DNA of 49,956 nt, taken from the NCBI GenBank assembly GCA_031363705.1, contig JANLUX010000110.1:1-49956 (forward strand), in the 5' to 3' direction. A model generated the notes under the pieces. That model did not search any database. It was not told where the DNA came from and worked only from the letters and a program-made list of their open reading frames with translations. Shown here piece by piece: positions 47,550 through 49,956 of this stretch. Numbering within the stretch: the first letter of the stretch is position 1; each line of letters begins with the position of its first letter. This DNA comes from Bacteroidota bacterium (GTDB lineage: Bacteria > Bacteroidota > Bacteroidia > AKYH767-A > OLB10). Both the position numbers and the translations under genes were made by a program.

Positions 47550-49181
47550 ATGAAGCAACATCTCACTATTATAACGTTTATTGCACTTGTATTTTGTGTT
47601 AAATTTTCTCAGGCACAAATTCCGGTGCTCTCAAACATATCAGGCAACTTTGAAATAAACGGGCAAATCTATAAAGCGGACTCATCCATCGAAGCCCCTG
47701 AGGTGCCGGAGAAATTTTTGAATAATGCATTTCTTAATTTGAATTATGTGAATGGCAATTTTAAAGCAGGGTTGCGCTATGAATCTTATTTAGGTCCTTT
47801 GTTAGGATTTGATGAACGTTATCGCGGAAGCGGAATTACTTATCGTTATGCACAGTATTCGGTTGACCAGATTGATGTAACAGTAGGAAATTTTTATGAA
47901 CAGTTTGGCAATGGTTTAATTTTTCGCAGCTATGAAGAACGAGCCATTGGGATTGATAACTCAGTGGATGGAATACGTGTGGGTTTTAAACCCATGAATG
48001 GAATTTATTTAAAAGGAATTGTTGGAAGACAGCGCGATTTTTTTACTCTGGGTGAAGGAATAGTGCGTGGAGTTGATGCTGATATGCAATTGAATGATTT
48101 GGTTACAACAATAAAAGATGCAAAGGTGAGACTTGGAATAGGAGGGAGCTTTGTGAGTAAGTATCAGAAAGATAATGATCCCATTCGCAACCTGCCGCAA
48201 AACGTAGGAGCCTATGCCGCACGTTTTAATTTGAATGCCGGTAAGTTCAGTATGAACACAGAGTACGCTTATAAAATAAATGACCCATCTGTGGTAAATA
48301 GTTTTATTTATAAAAACGGAGAGGCATTATATCTTAACCTGTCCTATTCAACAAGAGGCTTTGGTACAACTATTACAGGAAAAAGAATTGATAACATGGG
48401 TTTCCGCTCTGACCGTAATGCAACTCTAAACAGCTTAATGATAAATTATCTCCCTGCCATCAGCAAGCAATACAGCTATCGTTTGAGTACACTCTATCCT
48501 TACTCCACACAACCCAATGGTGAGATGGGAGTAGCAGGAGAAACCTTTTACAACTTTGCTGCAAAAACTCCATTAGGTGGTAAGTACGGAACAAAGCTTA
48601 GCATTGGTGCCTCGGCAGTAAATAATATTGAACGTGATTCAGCGAGCAATGATACACTGGGATATAAAAGCGATTTTTTTAAAATTGGTGATGATATTTA
48701 TTACCAGGATATAAATGTGGAGCTTACTAAGAAGCTGAGCAAAAAGCTGAAGCTTATTGCGAGTTATATCTACCAAGTTTATAATAAGAACGTGGTGGAA
48801 GGAGAAATAGGTTTTGATATTGTTCATGCAAATATTGGTATCATTGATTTTACTTATAAATTTAATAGCAATCATAGCATTCACGCAGAAGTGCAGCATC
48901 TTTATACTAAACAGGAACGGAAAAACTGGGCTATGGTTTTGCTTGAATATAGTATTTCTCCTAATTGGTCGTTTACAGTGTTTGATGAATATAATTACAG
49001 GAATGATAATAAAGACCTGCGACTTCATTACTATAATGCTTCAATGGCTTACACTAAAAATGCTACGCGCATAAGCTTAGGTTATGTAAGGCAACGTGCA
49101 GGACTTTTATGTGTGGGTGGAGTATGCAGGTTTGTGCCCGCTTCCAACGGATGGAGCATAAGCATCACTAGCAGATTTTGA
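47550..49181 (+). CDS. DUF6029-family outer-membrane beta-barrel protein
   Basis: 543 aa with a signal peptide. The block GLRYESYLGPLLGFDERYRGSGITYRYAQY...VGNFYEQFGNGLIFRSYEERAIGIDNSVDGIRV matches what I remember of DUF6029. The C-terminal residue is aromatic (F). Confidence 0.65.
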   Translation: MKQHLTIITFIALVFCVKFSQAQIPVLSNISGNFEINGQIYKADSSIEAPEVPEKFLNNAFLNLNYVNGNFKAGLRYESYLGPLLGFDERYRGSGITYRYAQYSVDQIDVTVGNFYEQFGNGLIFRSYEERAIGIDNSVDGIRVGFKPMNGIYLKGIVGRQRDFFTLGEGIVRGVDADMQLNDLVTTIKDAKVRLGIGGSFVSKYQKDNDPIRNLPQNVGAYAARFNLNAGKFSMNTEYAYKINDPSVVNSFIYKNGEALYLNLSYSTRGFGTTITGKRIDNMGFRSDRNATLNSLMINYLPAISKQYSYRLSTLYPYSTQPNGEMGVAGETFYNFAAKTPLGGKYGTKLSIGASAVNNIERDSASNDTLGYKSDFFKIGDDIYYQDINVELTKKLSKKLKLIASYIYQVYNKNVVEGEIGFDIVHANIGIIDFTYKFNSNHSIHAEVQHLYTKQERKNWAMVLLEYSISPNWSFTVFDEYNYRNDNKDLRLHYYNASMAYTKNATRISLGYVRQRAGLLCVGGVCRFVPASNGWSISITSRF

Positions 49182-49215
49182 TTTTCGTGTTTCCAATTAT
49201 TATTAACTTTGATAT

Positions 49216-49956
49216 ATGATGCACATTAAAAAATTATTGGTTTATACCTTACCTCTCTATATGCTATTGCAAAGCTGCGATAAGATAGATTCACCCTTTA
49301 GTGAAACAGTAAACAACGGTGTTGTTGATACATCAAGTGAACCACAGCGAATTTTGCTTGAAGATTATACAGGACATACATGTCCTAACTGCCCCGCAGC
49401 TCATGACGAAGCACAAACATTATTAAATACCTATGGAAAACAATTAGTGGTTATCTCCATTCATGCAGGCTATTATGCCCAAACACAAAGCGGGATGTTC
49501 AGTTATGATTTTCGAACAGCGGTTGGTAATGATCTGTTAGGCGCTTTTTTACCAACGGGACAATCTTTTCCTACAGGCGTTATTCAACGTAAAAAAAACA
49601 GTCAGGGAAATTATCCGATTCCATGGAGCTCATGGGGATCAAACATTGCAACTTTAATCAGCGCAAAGCCATCTGCAAAACTTGATATGGTTAATTCATA
49701 CAATGCTGCAACCAGAACAATCACCTGCACCGTTACCAATGATTTTTTAAAAAATATTTCATCTTCTTTATCTCTAAGTGTGATATATACAGAGGATAGC
49801 ATTGTTAAACCTCAAAAAGATGGAACAGTAAGTATTCCGGCATATACTCACCGTCACGTATTGAGAGGTTCTTTAAACGGGAGCTGGGGTGAAGCAATTG
49901 GCAGCTCTTTTACATCAGGACAATCATTGGATAAAACTTACACCGGTGCTCCGATT
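49216..49956 (+). CDS. Omp28-related outer-membrane lipoprotein with a thioredoxin-like CxxC motif (partial, runs off the right edge)
   Basis: Not in the ORF track because there is no stop in the window. My translation is MMHIKKLLVYTLPLYMLLQSCDKIDSPF...RILLEDYTGHTCPNCPAAHDEAQTLL...VVISIHAGYYAQ. It has lipobox LQSC and 247 codons in frame to the window end. Confidence 0.6.
   Translation, partial: MMHIKKLLVYTLPLYMLLQSCDKIDSPFSETVNNGVVDTSSEPQRILLEDYTGHTCPNCPAAHDEAQTLLNTYGKQLVVISIHAGYYAQTQSGMFSYDFRTAVGNDLLGAFLPTGQSFPTGVIQRKKNSQGNYPIPWSSWGSNIATLISAKPSAKLDMVNSYNAATRTITCTVTNDFLKNISSSLSLSVIYTEDSIVKPQKDGTVSIPAYTHRHVLRGSLNGSWGEAIGSSFTSGQSLDKTYTGAPI

Overview
Chromosomal window from a Bacteroidota-type genome. 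Supporting signs are T9SS C-terminal sorting domains, TAnnTTTG -7 promoter boxes close to start codons, no Shine-Dalgarno signals, and an ExbB-ExbD-ExbD-TonB-PstS-like-TPR cluster. It is densely coding and mostly housekeeping. Left to right: the TonB/Exb energy-transduction cluster; yajQ; a secreted FG-GAP/T9SS protein coupled to a cytochrome-like beta-propeller and a DCC thiol oxidoreductase; an eight-gene respiratory operon (alternative complex III actABCDEF plus cytochrome oxidase subunits II and I); a T9SS protein; an ATP-grasp/esterase pair; an OmpA-family protein; purM; a DUF1566 protein; prfA; pyrF; gyrB; mdh; a VOC protein; a DoxX-thioredoxin-like fusion; folP; an ABC-2 exporter; grpE-dnaJ. 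The right end is accessory-looking: an unassigned 3-TM membrane protein, an Amidohydro_2-like hydrolase, a small FN3 protein, and DUF6029 plus an Omp28-related protein. I found no rRNA, tRNA, CRISPR array, transposase, integrase or prophage genes. Several things are not explained by the gene calls. (1) The isolated membrane-protein/hydrolase module is joined by a 190-nt spacer made of three nested inverted repeats; this is my best candidate for an undescribed system. (2) There are two unrelated tandem arrays with an exact 21-bp period: 5 units with a GAACTCGAAGA core at 47.35 kb, and about 13 degenerate units with an AAATCCAT core on a strongly G-depleted strand upstream of mdh. (3) Three families of dispersed palindromic REP-like elements share a GTCATKC head. 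(4) Short stutter repeats fill several intra-operon spacers. (5) Respiratory membrane subunits carry His-rich N-termini, and ActA has six CxxCH motifs. All family assignments come from motif recognition by eye, not from database searches.
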